From an uncultured Poribacteria bacterium (GTDB lineage Bacteria; Poribacteria; WGA-4E; WGA-3G), in contig OX638351.1 of NCBI GenBank assembly GCA_951813565.1, positions 2,464,001 through 2,528,000 of the forward strand: a stretch of 64,000 nt of DNA, read 5' to 3'. The notes under the pieces are model-generated. The model was not told the DNA's origin. It did no database searches and saw nothing but the letters and a program-made list of their open reading frames with translations. Shown here piece by piece: positions 51,709-62,781 of the stretch (position 1 is the stretch's first letter; every line of letters starts with the position of its first letter). A program made the position numbers and the translations under genes.

Positions 51709-53052
51709 ATGGAAGTAAATTATAGAGAAATTGACAAGGCACATGTTTGGCATCCACTGTTCCAACACCAACGTCTTGAGGAAACAGATTTGCTGGTTTT
51801 TAAATCGGCACATGGCACAACCCTGGTAGATGTAGACGGAAATGAATATTTAGATGCGTATTCAGCACTATGGAATGTCAATGTCGGTTACGGAAGACAA
51901 GAAATTGCGGATGCAGTCTATGCACAAATACAAGAATTATGTTATTATCCACATTCTCAGATTAATGTTCCAGCAACTGAATTAGCAGCGCAGTTGGCAG
52001 CATGTCTTCCCGGCGATCTGAATCACGTCTTTTTTTGCAATAGTGGCTCTGAAGCAAATGAAACCGCAATTAAAATTGCGCGACAGTACGGCAGACAGAC
52101 CTATCCGGGAGAGAATCGCTACAAGATAATTACCCGATATCGCGGCTATCACGGATTTACTTATGGCGCAATGTCAGCCACAGGACAAGCACGAAGACGG
52201 AAAGCGTTTGAACCGTTGGTACCAGGATTCCATCATGCGCATCCACCCTATTGCTATAGATGTCCACTCGGTTTAGAGTATCCATCGTGTAATGTTGCAT
52301 GTGTAAATGAAATTGAACGAATAATTCAGTCAGAGGGACCCGAAACTGTGATTGCGGTGATTGCGGAGCCAATCATCGGTGGCGGTGGGATAATTGTGCC
52401 GCCCGACGAGTATTTCCCAAAATTGCGAAAAATCTGTGATGATTACGGTTTATTACTTATTCTTGATGAAGTTATTACCGGTTTCGGACGAACAGGGAAG
52501 ATGTTTGCATGCGAGCATTGGGACGTACAGCCAGACCTCATCACGCTTGCGAAGGGATTGACGAGCGGATATATTCCACTCGGTGCATGTGTTGCATCAA
52601 CTCCTGTATTCAAGACATTTCTTGGGGATTCTGATGAAAATCGGGAATTTTCTCAAGTTTGTACCTATGGCGGACATCCTGTTGCTTGTGCAGCAGGTGT
52701 GGCAAATCTGAACATTTTGCAATCAGAACGTCTCTGGGAAAACGCTGAAAAGGTAGGTAGTTATCTGCTTGAAAAACTAAAGACTTTGGAATCACTACCT
52801 ATTGTTGGCGATGTACGGGGCAAAGGTCTCATGCTTGCTGTAGAGTTCATCAAAGCCGATGGCACACACCTTGAAACCGCGAAAACGAACCAAATTGTGG
52901 GACAATTGAGAGAAAAAGGTGTTATTGTTGGGAAGATCGGGCACGCTGTTGACGAGCCAGAGAATATCATTTACATTGCGCCCCCTCTTATCCTCACTGA
53001 ATCGGAGGCAGATAAAATTTACAATACTTTACGTCAGGTACTTGTCCAATAG
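51709..53052 (+). CDS. Class III PLP aminotransferase
   Basis: NSGSEANE, YHG, DEVITGFGRTG, AKGLTSG. Confidence 0.92.
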   Translation: MEVNYREIDKAHVWHPLFQHQRLEETDLLVFKSAHGTTLVDVDGNEYLDAYSALWNVNVGYGRQEIADAVYAQIQELCYYPHSQINVPATELAAQLAACLPGDLNHVFFCNSGSEANETAIKIARQYGRQTYPGENRYKIITRYRGYHGFTYGAMSATGQARRRKAFEPLVPGFHHAHPPYCYRCPLGLEYPSCNVACVNEIERIIQSEGPETVIAVIAEPIIGGGGIIVPPDEYFPKLRKICDDYGLLLILDEVITGFGRTGKMFACEHWDVQPDLITLAKGLTSGYIPLGACVASTPVFKTFLGDSDENREFSQVCTYGGHPVACAAGVANLNILQSERLWENAEKVGSYLLEKLKTLESLPIVGDVRGKGLMLAVEFIKADGTHLETAKTNQIVGQLREKGVIVGKIGHAVDEPENIIYIAPPLILTESEADKIYNTLRQVLVQ

Positions 53053-53892
53053 AAGTTTTAACTGATGTCGTTTAGCAATCGGAATCTTATCCGGTTGTGT
53101 AGCAATGGAAAATTGGAGGGCATTGGCACAAAAGCAATTACGTTGTTCATCTTGGATTTTTGACACTAAATTCCGGACAGCTTTCTTGGAGATTTCCACA
53201 TTTGAAAGTAGATTGTTCAGAATCATCTCAGTGGTAACGTGGTCGTGTTCGGGATGCCAGCAATCGTAGTCGGTAGAACATGCCAAGACAGCGTAACAGA
53301 TTTCTGCTTCGCGTGCAAGTTTTGCTTCCGGTGCTGCAGTCATACCGATAATGTCAAAACCGAGATTTCGGTATACATTGGATTCAGCTTGTGTAGAAAA
53401 CGCGGGTCCCTCCATACAGATGTAGGTGCCGCCATTGTGAACGGTCGCACCGACTTCTGTTGCTGCTGTGTATAATAGTGTACTTAGATGTGAGCAGAAC
53501 GGGTGTGCAAGGCTAATGTGGGCGGCAATACCGTCACCAAAAAAAGTAGATTCTCGGTTTTTTGTGTGATCGTAAAGTTGATCCGGTACGACGAAGTGGC
53601 GTGGTTCAATTTCTTGCTTGAGACTACCTACCGCGCTAACGGAGATAAGCCATTCTACACCCAACGATTTTAGGGCATAAATGTTGGCACGGACATTAAT
53701 ATCAGAAGGAAGAAGTGGGTGTCCTACACCATGACGTGGTAGAAAAACTACCGGTTGTCCATCGAGATTACCAAGAATTAGGTCATCACTCGGTTTGCCA
53801 AAAGGAGTGTCAATTTCGATTGTTTCAATGTCGGTCAAACCTTCCATTTGATAGAATCCACTACCACCGATTATGCCGATTTTGACATGCAT
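53029..53892 (-). CDS. mtnP: S-methyl-5'-thioadenosine phosphorylase
   Basis: IGIIGGSG, PRHG, MEGPAFST, GMT, TDYDCW. Confidence 0.93.
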   Translation of the reverse strand: MHVKIGIIGGSGFYQMEGLTDIETIEIDTPFGKPSDDLILGNLDGQPVVFLPRHGVGHPLLPSDINVRANIYALKSLGVEWLISVSAVGSLKQEIEPRHFVVPDQLYDHTKNRESTFFGDGIAAHISLAHPFCSHLSTLLYTAATEVGATVHNGGTYICMEGPAFSTQAESNVYRNLGFDIIGMTAAPEAKLAREAEICYAVLACSTDYDCWHPEHDHVTTEMILNNLLSNVEISKKAVRNLVSKIQDEQRNCFCANALQFSIATQPDKIPIAKRHQLKLLLDKYLT

Positions 53893-53942
53893 TTATTTTA
53901 TTCTCCAAAGGAAAAGCAAAAGAATTGTGCTTTTGATTAGTT

Positions 53943-54764
53943 ATGCCATTGCTACAATGTGGAAATTGGGTACTTGAGGGAAAATCAAGTTCAGCTGTTG
54001 CGACTTACATCAGGATAAAAGAACTTGACCTAATTTTTGATTTGGGCAGGTGCCCAATGAATTTCATCGGGACGAACCATGTTTTTATTTCACATTTCCA
54101 TCTTGACCACTATTTTGGGTTGCCGATCTATATAAGTCAACGTTGGCTTTCAGGAATGCCGCCGGGAAATATTTATGTTCCTTCAAGCGGGTTCAAGCAA
54201 TTGAAGAACATCCTTGACAGGATTTCTACACTGGATGCAGGGCGAAACTGGGGTTATCAAATAACACCAGTAGAAGCAGGTAATTCTATTCCGTTTCGGC
54301 AGAATTTAGTCGCACACATTCTAACGGGTAACCACAGCGTCCCAGCTGTCTCCTATCTGATTTGTGAAGTTCGAAAAAAACTGAAGCCCGAATACCGCGA
54401 TTTATCAGGAAGAGAAATCGTGGCACTCAAGCGTTCAGGTGTTGAAATTACAAATGAGGTGCAGTTACCTTTGGTCGCTTATTTGGGTGATACGCGCGGC
54501 ATTTCCCTTGACGCGCATCCGTTGCTCACACAATGTAAACTTCTGATTTGTGAATGCACCTTTATTACATCTGAACATCGTGAACGGGCTAAGAAAACGA
54601 AGCATTTGCATCTGGATATGTTACCTTCCTTGTTAGAACATTTTGAGAGTGAATATATTGTTCTAAATCACTTCTCACGCCGCTATACACCTGAGTTAAT
54701 CCGGCAAGAAGTTTTCAAACAGTTACCTGCTTCTGAACATGCCCGTGTTCACTTATTTCTATGA
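53943..54764 (+). CDS. Metallo-beta-lactamase fold nuclease, short RNase Z-like
   Basis: SHFHLDH, KKLKPEY flexible arm, GDT, ECTF, HFSRRY. Confidence 0.8.
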   Translation: MPLLQCGNWVLEGKSSSAVATYIRIKELDLIFDLGRCPMNFIGTNHVFISHFHLDHYFGLPIYISQRWLSGMPPGNIYVPSSGFKQLKNILDRISTLDAGRNWGYQITPVEAGNSIPFRQNLVAHILTGNHSVPAVSYLICEVRKKLKPEYRDLSGREIVALKRSGVEITNEVQLPLVAYLGDTRGISLDAHPLLTQCKLLICECTFITSEHRERAKKTKHLHLDMLPSLLEHFESEYIVLNHFSRRYTPELIRQEVFKQLPASEHARVHLFL

Positions 54765-54898
54765 CAATGCATTCATCGTATTCGGATTAATAATAGACTT
54801 TAGCTTAATGCTATTGTTAAAATTATAGGATGGTCACGTTGAAATAGTGATTGCTACCACTACGGTCCGCCCATCATAAGTTTAAAACATCAGAATCT

Positions 54899-56302
54899 TT
54901 AGTTTCCCGCTCCAGGTTGTGAGTTTGGATCTTGGTCAGAGGTGCCGTTTTCCTGTTCCTCATAGAACTTATAACCGTCTTGATCTTGGTCAAGTTCATA
55001 TTGGCGTACGATCTGTTCAGCCTCTCGAAGATAAGGCCTGTCACCTTTTGTGAGGCTTATATATGTTTTGAACCCTTTGTAAGCGGAACCAAATTCACGA
55101 ATAGCGCGATAGCAGACGGCTTGTTGATATACAGATTCATTTAGCCAAGTGGATTGTGGTGCATTTTCAAGCAGATCATCATAAGCTTGGATCGCACGTT
55201 CGTACTGACCACTTTGCTGGTAAAGTAAACCGACTCGGTATAGCGCATCTGAAATGGCGAACTTTTTGTGTGAAAGATCACGAATTAACACTTTATACGT
55301 TTCAATAGCGTTCGGATAGTTGCGGAGTGTTTGCCAATTCCGAGCGATTTGTTGATAATTCTGGACAACCAGGTCAGTTTTTCCCATCAGCCATTTTTCG
55401 GATGGAAGTATGTACCTCCCAAGTTTCTCAAACTCCACTGCTTTTGCGCTCTTGTTTCGCTGAATTTCATCTTGATCTTGTTTGATTTCAATTAAGAGTA
55501 TTTCTGTCTTGTTCAACAATACCCTAACCTGCTCAGCTTCGTAAGAGTCGGGAAATTTATCCGCGACTGTTACAAATGCACCCCAACCGCCAGCATTGGT
55601 GTAATCATACAATTTGTAAAAATAGATGTTGCCAACCTGAAATTGAGCTTGCGCGGCTTTGTCATGGTTATCAAATTCCTTAACCATTCTTTCAAAAGTT
55701 ACGATGGCTTCGGGAAAGTTTTCTAACGCTTCGTAAGCCTGAGCAACCTTATAGAGCGATTTTGCTGCAATATCATAGGTTTCATCACTCTTTTCAGTGT
55801 CATAAAGGGCTTTATAGTTTTGATAATTCGCGAGTTCCTGCGCAATTAATTCACGGTTTTTTCGAATACTCGCAATACCGCTTTTTGCTTCACTTGCATA
55901 GTATCCCGTTGGATCAAGTTCCACAATTGCTTGATAATGTTCATTTGCTTTATCCCACTCATAATGCTTCTTATAGATTTTTGCGATTTGATAGTGAGAC
56001 CGCTGAGCATATTTTCCTTTAACATCTCGGTCAATGACTTCCAGATAAAGAGACATCGCTCTATCATAAGCTTTTTGCTGTCTGGCACGTGCTTTTTGTT
56101 TCTCTTCAGGGTCATCGGAGCGGGTAGAAACAGCTTCGGCCTCGTCAAATGCGTTATCAGCATTTTGGATTTTCGCACTCAATGGTACGATGTTAACGCC
56201 GCCTATGCAACCGATATGTGTTATCACAAATATGCCAAGTATGAGAATAATAAGGTAGCTTATACCTAATTTCAGAACGGAACCGGGTGTGAAACGGATC
56301 AT
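54899..56302 (-). CDS. TPR-repeat lipoprotein
   Basis: Hydrophobic leader ending HIGC; repeated TPR helices. Confidence 0.8.
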   Translation of the reverse strand: MIRFTPGSVLKLGISYLIILILGIFVITHIGCIGGVNIVPLSAKIQNADNAFDEAEAVSTRSDDPEEKQKARARQQKAYDRAMSLYLEVIDRDVKGKYAQRSHYQIAKIYKKHYEWDKANEHYQAIVELDPTGYYASEAKSGIASIRKNRELIAQELANYQNYKALYDTEKSDETYDIAAKSLYKVAQAYEALENFPEAIVTFERMVKEFDNHDKAAQAQFQVGNIYFYKLYDYTNAGGWGAFVTVADKFPDSYEAEQVRVLLNKTEILLIEIKQDQDEIQRNKSAKAVEFEKLGRYILPSEKWLMGKTDLVVQNYQQIARNWQTLRNYPNAIETYKVLIRDLSHKKFAISDALYRVGLLYQQSGQYERAIQAYDDLLENAPQSTWLNESVYQQAVCYRAIREFGSAYKGFKTYISLTKGDRPYLREAEQIVRQYELDQDQDGYKFYEEQENGTSDQDPNSQPGAGN

Positions 56303-56578
56303 CGTTGTTAATCCTCCTAAGGAATGAAATATGGAAACCTGCCAGCAAATTGATGAAGTTTACTGGTTTTGATTTATGTTTCAGTATAACAAAAACACAA
56401 AAATTGTCAAGAAAAAACTTCTGTGTTAATAATTTTTTGGAAAGTGAGATAATCTATTGTTTACTGTTCAACAAAACTTGTTGACAAATCAAAGTAAAAT
56501 TTATACAATAATTCAATAGCAAACTCATAGTAAATTGAATTTCCTTTTGTGAATCTTGATTATAATAGGGAGGCGAAT

Positions 56579-57481
56579 ATGGCAAACGCAGACTATAAAA
56601 TCGGTGTAGTGGGTGTTGGTAGGATGGGGGCAAACATCGCCCGACACCTTAATGATGAAGGGTTCAAAGTCGTTGCTGTTTACGATACTGATAGTGAACG
56701 TGCCAATGAATTAGCATCGGAACTTAGTACAACGGCTGCTGACAAATTGGCACAGGTCACTGAACTTGCAGATTACATCATTACGGTTGTCACAGATAAC
56801 GATGCGATGCGGCAGATTTATTCTGATGATGCGGACGATAGTTTGCTCAAAGGGGCATCAGGCAAAGTTTTTATCAACTGTGCTACAATTAGTCCACAAG
56901 TTCATGTAGATGTTGAGAGTTTCGCGGAAAAGCACGGTGCTGAAAGTCTTGAGGGATGTATGGCGAGCAGCATTACACAGGCGCGCGAAGGCACGCTCTA
57001 TTTAATGTGTGGTGGCAAAAAGGCAACTTTCGATAAGGCACATGCGATTCTGGATTCAATGAGTGTTTCCCTACGTTATATCGGTGAAGCAGGCAAGGCT
57101 GCGCAAGTAAAAGCACTGGTCAACATGGTAATGAACATCAACACTGCGGGTCTCGCGGAAGGGCTTGGATTAGGTGCTGCACTTGGTCTGGATTTGGAAA
57201 TGTTGCAGGAAGTTTTCGCACAAACTGGGGCAAACTCTCGCGTTTTGGAAACTGACGGAGAAGATATGCAGTTACGCGATCATGAATGCTATTTTTCCGC
57301 TGCGCACGCATCTAAGGATTCTGGCATTGCGCTTGATCTTGCCGATGCTGCAGGCATTGCGCTTCCACTGGCACAAGCCACGAAAGATCAGTATGATCGG
57401 ATGATTGAATTGGGATTAGGTGATTTAGATAAGTCGGGTGTTGCTGAATTGACATTCCCTGGACGCGGAAAGAGCGAATAA
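56579..57481 (+). CDS. NAD(P)-dependent 3-hydroxyisobutyrate dehydrogenase family
   Basis: GVGRMG, ATISP, KALVN; GGAGG before ATG 56579. Confidence 0.88.
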   Translation: MANADYKIGVVGVGRMGANIARHLNDEGFKVVAVYDTDSERANELASELSTTAADKLAQVTELADYIITVVTDNDAMRQIYSDDADDSLLKGASGKVFINCATISPQVHVDVESFAEKHGAESLEGCMASSITQAREGTLYLMCGGKKATFDKAHAILDSMSVSLRYIGEAGKAAQVKALVNMVMNINTAGLAEGLGLGAALGLDLEMLQEVFAQTGANSRVLETDGEDMQLRDHECYFSAAHASKDSGIALDLADAAGIALPLAQATKDQYDRMIELGLGDLDKSGVAELTFPGRGKSE

Positions 57482-57541
57482 TAGCCCAAGCATAATGAGG
57501 TTCTGACGCGATGCTACGATAATTTCATCGGAAACTGACTA

Positions 57542-58285
57542 ATGCAGACAACCAAGAAAGAAGCGATGCTGAGAGGGGTAATTCTTGCGGGAGGTTTAGG
57601 CACCCGTTTATACCCGCTTACCAAGGTTACCAGCAAACATCTCCTACCTGTTGGCAATGAACCAATGATTTTTCACAGCGTTCGGCAACTTACGGCAGTT
57701 GGAATAACCGATATTCTTATTGTTACAAATCCCAGTTACGTAGGGAATTTTGTTAACGTATTGGGAAGTGGAAAAGATTTCGGTTGTGACTTCACCTATC
57801 GTGTGCAGGAGGAAGCAAAAGGTATCGCACATGCCCTCGCCTTAGCTGAAGGATTTGCTGCCAACGGTAGGATAGCTGTCTTACTTGGAGACAACATCTT
57901 TGAATCTTCAATTGAACAGGTTGTTTCTGATTTTCATGCGCAACAAGCCGGTGCTCGCGTTTTGCTGAAAAAGGTTGAAGACCCTGAACGTTATGGCGTG
58001 GCAACCTTAAATGGAAACCGAATTGTAAAAATTGAGGAGAAACCGAAGCATCCCAAAAGTGATTATGCAATAGTGGGTGTTTATTTTTACGATTCATCAG
58101 TTTTCGATATTATCCGCACCATTGAACCTTCATCTCGGGGTGAGTACGAGATAACAGATGTTAATAATGTCTATATTAATCGCGCACAACTCGAACATAG
58201 CTTCTTAAAAGGAAAATGGGTTGATGCGGGAACTTTTGATTCTCTTGCTGAAGCTCACCAAATTCTTTTAAATCGGAAGGAGTAA
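57542..58285 (+). CDS. Sugar-phosphate nucleotidyltransferase (glucose-1-phosphate thymidylyltransferase type)
   Basis: ILAGGLGTRLYPLT, LGDN, EKP, RGEYEITD. Confidence 0.9.
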   Translation: MQTTKKEAMLRGVILAGGLGTRLYPLTKVTSKHLLPVGNEPMIFHSVRQLTAVGITDILIVTNPSYVGNFVNVLGSGKDFGCDFTYRVQEEAKGIAHALALAEGFAANGRIAVLLGDNIFESSIEQVVSDFHAQQAGARVLLKKVEDPERYGVATLNGNRIVKIEEKPKHPKSDYAIVGVYFYDSSVFDIIRTIEPSSRGEYEITDVNNVYINRAQLEHSFLKGKWVDAGTFDSLAEAHQILLNRKE

Positions 58286-58287
58286 CA

Positions 58288-59511
58288 TTGGTCGCTACAC
58301 AGAAACCATATCTATCAATTGTTGTTCCTGTATACAACGAGGAGGAGAATGTCAAGCCACTGTATGAGAAAATTCGGACGGTATGTGAGTCAATTGGTGA
58401 AACGTATGAAGTTCTATTTGTAGATGATGGGAGCCGAGATAAAACTTTTGAAGTGCTTTCAGAATTGCGTGAAGGTGAACCACATTTAGCCGTAATCCGG
58501 TTCCAAAAGAACGCTGGTCAGACAGCTGCGATGGCAGCTGGTTTTGAATTTGCACAAGGCGAACGTATTATCAGCATGGACGGTGATCTACAAAATGATC
58601 CTGCCGATATTCCACATCTACTCAAGAAACTTGATGAAGATTATGACTTAGTATGCGGATGGCGGAGAGAACGACAGGATAAATTCTGGACACGCCGAGT
58701 TCCTTCTGTCGTTGCCAATTGGATAATTAGTCAGGTAACGGGTGTTGGAATTCATGACAACGGTTGTTCACTCAAAGCATACCGGGCTGAGGTTATCAAA
58801 CAGGTGCCACTTTATGGTGAGATGCACCGGTTCATTCCGGCGATGTCTACGGTTGTAGGCGCGCGCATTGCTGAAATTGTCGTTAAGCATCACCCTCGTC
58901 GTTTCGGAACAAGTAAATACGGTCTCGGTAGAATCTGGCGCGTTATGCTGGATATTTTAGCGTTTAAATTGATTCTCTCAGTTTTCGCGCGGCAGTCTAA
59001 TCAGAATGGTCACCCATCTACTCAACATTCCTACGGCAACCAAATGAACCCCAAATTTAATGTCTTTCGAGTCGCTGCGTTTCTAAGCCTTCCCTTCTTC
59101 ATTATAGGATTTCCTTTGATTAATGTCGCCATTATTGCAGCTCTCAGTTTTATCGGATTAGGGGTATCTCTAATAGGAATCAGTTTGATAACAGGATGGT
59201 CACTCGGCAAAGCACAACGTGAAGCTGCAGATTTAAGCCCACTGGCTTCTTTTTTTATTTATCGTTGTGCAAGACGTCCCATTCGGTGTTTCGGTCCCTC
59301 TGGTGCAACGATATTCGTATTGGGAGGTATTCTAATGATAGGATTACCAAACGTTGGCCCTATTCTGATGAGTATAGGAATTTTGACATTCTGCTGCGGT
59401 CTGTTCGGTGAAATTATAGCCTATGGAAACGCTAAACGGGTTAAAGATTACACAGTTGAAATATTTTTAAATGCAAAATACAATTACAAAGTTTTTGAAA
59501 ACATTTCCTGA
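58288..59511 (+). CDS. Glycosyltransferase family 2 (ArnC/DPM-like) with C-terminal TM helices
   Basis: VPVYNEE, DDGS, DGDLQND, HRFIP. Confidence 0.88.
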   Translation: MVATQKPYLSIVVPVYNEEENVKPLYEKIRTVCESIGETYEVLFVDDGSRDKTFEVLSELREGEPHLAVIRFQKNAGQTAAMAAGFEFAQGERIISMDGDLQNDPADIPHLLKKLDEDYDLVCGWRRERQDKFWTRRVPSVVANWIISQVTGVGIHDNGCSLKAYRAEVIKQVPLYGEMHRFIPAMSTVVGARIAEIVVKHHPRRFGTSKYGLGRIWRVMLDILAFKLILSVFARQSNQNGHPSTQHSYGNQMNPKFNVFRVAAFLSLPFFIIGFPLINVAIIAALSFIGLGVSLIGISLITGWSLGKAQREAADLSPLASFFIYRCARRPIRCFGPSGATIFVLGGILMIGLPNVGPILMSIGILTFCCGLFGEIIAYGNAKRVKDYTVEIFLNAKYNYKVFENIS

Positions 59512-60631
59512 TGAATGGCAAACCGAATTTCCGGTTACCAAATCCTATATCTATATGAACCATGCTGGTGTTGCACCATTATCGCGCCGGGTAAGGAATG
59601 CGATGATAGGCTTTGTAGAAGATGCTACCGTCAACGGTGCAGTAAATGTAGAATCTTGGGTGGAAACCGCTGAGGCGTGTCGAGCCGTTGCAGCACAACT
59701 GATCAACGCCAATACAACTGAAGTTGCGTTTATGAAGAACACAACTCAGGGAATACTCATCGCTGCGAACGGTATTGATTGGCGCGAAGGTGATAACGTC
59801 GTTACAACGGCGGTTGAATTTCCTGCAAATGTCTATCCGTGGTGGAGTTTGAAGGAACGCTACGGCGTTGAAACGCGCATGGTCTCTGAGCGAAATGGGA
59901 GCATTTATCTTGATGATATTGTTGATGCAATTGATGAGCGCACACGAGTTGTAACAATAAGCCATGTGGAATTCGCCTCTGGCTTCCGAAACAACATTAA
60001 GGCGATTGGTGAGATATGTCAAGAACGCGATATCTGGTTTGTCGTGGATGCAATTCAAAGTCTCGGTGCAATTGAGGTAGATGTGAAATCGTCACATATT
60101 GATATTCTCGCAGCAGATGGGCACAAGTGGTTGCTGGCACCGGAGGGAGCAGCAATTTTCTACTGTACTAATGACAAACTGGAACGGTTGATAAACACTA
60201 ATGTTGGTTGGGCAAGTGTCGTGAATCCACGCGATTTTCTCAATTATGATCTCACACAGAAACCGGATGCTACCCGTTTTGAGGAGGGGTCCTATAATAG
60301 CATAGGTCTATATGGACTGAAGGCAGCAATTGAGTTGTTACTTGAAGTTGGGATTTCAAACATTGAGACCTATATTTTAGAACTTACAGCAGGCTTAATT
60401 AAAGGATTGAAAGCCAAAGGGTATCACGTTATCACACCTGAAAAAGATTCAGATCGGTCAGGAATCGTGGTTTTTGAAAGCACGCGACACACACCTGCAG
60501 AACTCTATGCGCTACTCCATAAAAAAAATATAATTACAGCTGAACGCGGTAGCGGCGTTAGAGTCTCACCACATTTTTATAACACAGAATCGGAAATAGC
60601 ACGGTTGCTTGAAACCTTACCCGACTTATAA
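59471..60631 (+). CDS. Class V PLP aminotransferase / cysteine desulfurase-like
   Basis: NHAGVAP, VDAIQSLG, DGHKWLL, RVSPHFYN. Confidence 0.88.
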   Translation: MQNTITKFLKTFPDEWQTEFPVTKSYIYMNHAGVAPLSRRVRNAMIGFVEDATVNGAVNVESWVETAEACRAVAAQLINANTTEVAFMKNTTQGILIAANGIDWREGDNVVTTAVEFPANVYPWWSLKERYGVETRMVSERNGSIYLDDIVDAIDERTRVVTISHVEFASGFRNNIKAIGEICQERDIWFVVDAIQSLGAIEVDVKSSHIDILAADGHKWLLAPEGAAIFYCTNDKLERLINTNVGWASVVNPRDFLNYDLTQKPDATRFEEGSYNSIGLYGLKAAIELLLEVGISNIETYILELTAGLIKGLKAKGYHVITPEKDSDRSGIVVFESTRHTPAELYALLHKKNIITAERGSGVRVSPHFYNTESEIARLLETLPDL

Positions 60632-60670
60632 GGACTATTTCTATTTCACAGCATTCAATTTGATCTTCAA

Positions 60671-62125
60671 TTGAGGATAAAAAATTTGACTCTTCAAACA
60701 AAAAATAAATTTCACATTCATAGTGCGAAATGTAGGCTATCGGTTATTATAGGTTTTTTGATAATTTTTGCAGGTTGTACGTTACCGGGTGGTAAACAGC
60801 AGACAAACCGCATTCGCTTTACTATTCAAAATACGCTATCAATTCCTCGAAAAAACGTTCCAATTGTGATGACTTTGGCGCAGCTCCGAAAGGTCAGCCC
60901 CGATTTCTCTCTCCAGGCTTATTCTGTTGTTACCGGAAAAGCCCCGCGGGAGGCGATGATTCCCGCGCAAGCGGATGACTTAAACTATGACGGCGAACGT
61001 GACCAATTAGTTTTTCTCTTAGATCTTGAACCGGAGGAGACAAAAGAGATCGCAATTCTTTATGACCCAAATGTAAAGGCAACATTTACACTTGATGTAA
61101 AAAAACAGACGCGCGCAGGCATTTTTCCTGAACTGAATGTTATGGCGGCGGTAGAATCCGATTTAATCGCATATCTGCTGAAGCATAACGGTGCTGTCGT
61201 TGCTTATGGCAAAAAACGGGAAGAACTTTTTAGCGTTAATAACATGTTTCAGGGTGAATTAGTAGAGCGTGGGTCGCTATCACCGGAATTTAGGTTTCAT
61301 TTTGAAAGTCACAAAATCGCACTGACTCAAAAACCAAACGCCTTACATATAGAGGTAGAGAAGCCTGAACATCGATGGGTAATACATGATTTTGAGAATC
61401 AAGAGGATTACTTTGTCCGAAAATCTCAAGAGCAACTCACTCTCTATAAATCAATCGGTTTATCACTAAATGCCCTTTTAGACGCAGAAAACACAACCAT
61501 GGTTGCGTTAACACCTCAGGAAGGACTAATTGGGTGCGGTGGATTTGCACTATGGCATAAAGGGAAAAGGGAATTAATTCCGCTGCCAAATGAAGGGGAT
61601 TACATTCGGATTCTCGCTAATGGTGGCACACGTTCGGTTGTTCAACGAATTCTTCCGAGATGGAACATCAACGGTGAAACATATCAGCTCACATCAACTA
61701 CATTTATTTATGGTGGAAACCCGTGGATTGAACATCATATCCATGTTGACAGAGAATTGCCTTCGGATTATGCTATCATCGTAGGTATTCCGAAACTTGG
61801 GGAAACATCTGACGTTGACGAAGACCAAGGTTTATTATGGAGCTGGGGAACAGACCCAGGTGGAACATATTCGCTCGGCGTGGCACTAATTTATCCTACC
61901 ACACAGGCTGGAGAATTGATTGATACTGACCCATCCCTTATATCTATTGTCCTAAACCCGAATGCTGAAGGACGGATCAGTTATCGTGCGTTTGCTATCT
62001 GGGAAGGTGGAATTAATGGAATACAATCCAAAACGGAATTTGAGCAGCTGCTCCAATTCATGACAACGGAGATGAAGAATCTACCAAGTATCGAATTTTT
62101 ACTGTCAGAGGAAGGCAAAAAGTAG
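60671..62125 (+). CDS. Lipoprotein of unknown function (DUF4861-like)
   Basis: FAGC lipobox; QADDLNYDGERDQLVF; ESD.IAY; GCGG. Confidence 0.55.
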   Translation: MRIKNLTLQTKNKFHIHSAKCRLSVIIGFLIIFAGCTLPGGKQQTNRIRFTIQNTLSIPRKNVPIVMTLAQLRKVSPDFSLQAYSVVTGKAPREAMIPAQADDLNYDGERDQLVFLLDLEPEETKEIAILYDPNVKATFTLDVKKQTRAGIFPELNVMAAVESDLIAYLLKHNGAVVAYGKKREELFSVNNMFQGELVERGSLSPEFRFHFESHKIALTQKPNALHIEVEKPEHRWVIHDFENQEDYFVRKSQEQLTLYKSIGLSLNALLDAENTTMVALTPQEGLIGCGGFALWHKGKRELIPLPNEGDYIRILANGGTRSVVQRILPRWNINGETYQLTSTTFIYGGNPWIEHHIHVDRELPSDYAIIVGIPKLGETSDVDEDQGLLWSWGTDPGGTYSLGVALIYPTTQAGELIDTDPSLISIVLNPNAEGRISYRAFAIWEGGINGIQSKTEFEQLLQFMTTEMKNLPSIEFLLSEEGKK

Positions 62126-62144
62126 CAATTTCTCTTACCTGAAG

Positions 62145-62756
62145 ATGGAGAATTTTATGCTGAACAAGGAAGAATGTCTACAACTTATTGCAGCGCAGCG
62201 AACAGACGAAATCGTTGTTACCACAATGGGAATGGCTGTGCCCTGGGCCAAAATATCAACACATCCGTTAGACTATGCGTCTGTTGGAAGTGCAATGGGG
62301 CACGCTGCGGATCTCGCTCTCGGAATTGCACTTGCAAAACCTGAGAAAAAGGTTGTTGTGCTTAACGGGGATGGGAGCATGCTAATGTGTTTAGGAACAC
62401 TCGCAACGATTACAAGTTTGCAAAAACCACCTACGAACTATCTCCTTTTTGTTTGTGATAACGGCACGTACGAGGTAACTGGTAATCAACCTATTCCACG
62501 AAACGCAGACTTTAGCTGGACAACAATTGCGCGCGGGACAGGTTTTGAGCAGGTTTATGAATTTGATGACATAAATATACTTGAAACCGATCTGCCAAAA
62601 ATCTGGAATCAAGCCGGCCCCATTTTTGTGAATCTAAAAATTGCACAAGCACATGAACCACCACCTGACCGATGGGGTGGCTTTCCATACCCATATTTGC
62701 AGGAGTCGCTTTCAACGTCAACACATAGGCTGCGAAAAGCACTTGAGGAACAATAG
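62145..62756 (+). CDS. TPP-binding decarboxylase beta-subunit-like protein (sulfopyruvate/phosphonopyruvate type)
   Basis: GSAMG, GDGSMLM, DNGTYEVTGNQP. Confidence 0.85.
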   Translation: MENFMLNKEECLQLIAAQRTDEIVVTTMGMAVPWAKISTHPLDYASVGSAMGHAADLALGIALAKPEKKVVVLNGDGSMLMCLGTLATITSLQKPPTNYLLFVCDNGTYEVTGNQPIPRNADFSWTTIARGTGFEQVYEFDDINILETDLPKIWNQAGPIFVNLKIAQAHEPPPDRWGGFPYPYLQESLSTSTHRLRKALEEQ

Positions 62757-62781
62757 AAGCAGCTCTTTAAGGAATTTTATT

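Noticed and set aside
53029..53052. 24-bp convergent overlap of aminotransferase and mtnP
   Set aside because: Short tail-to-tail overlaps are common.
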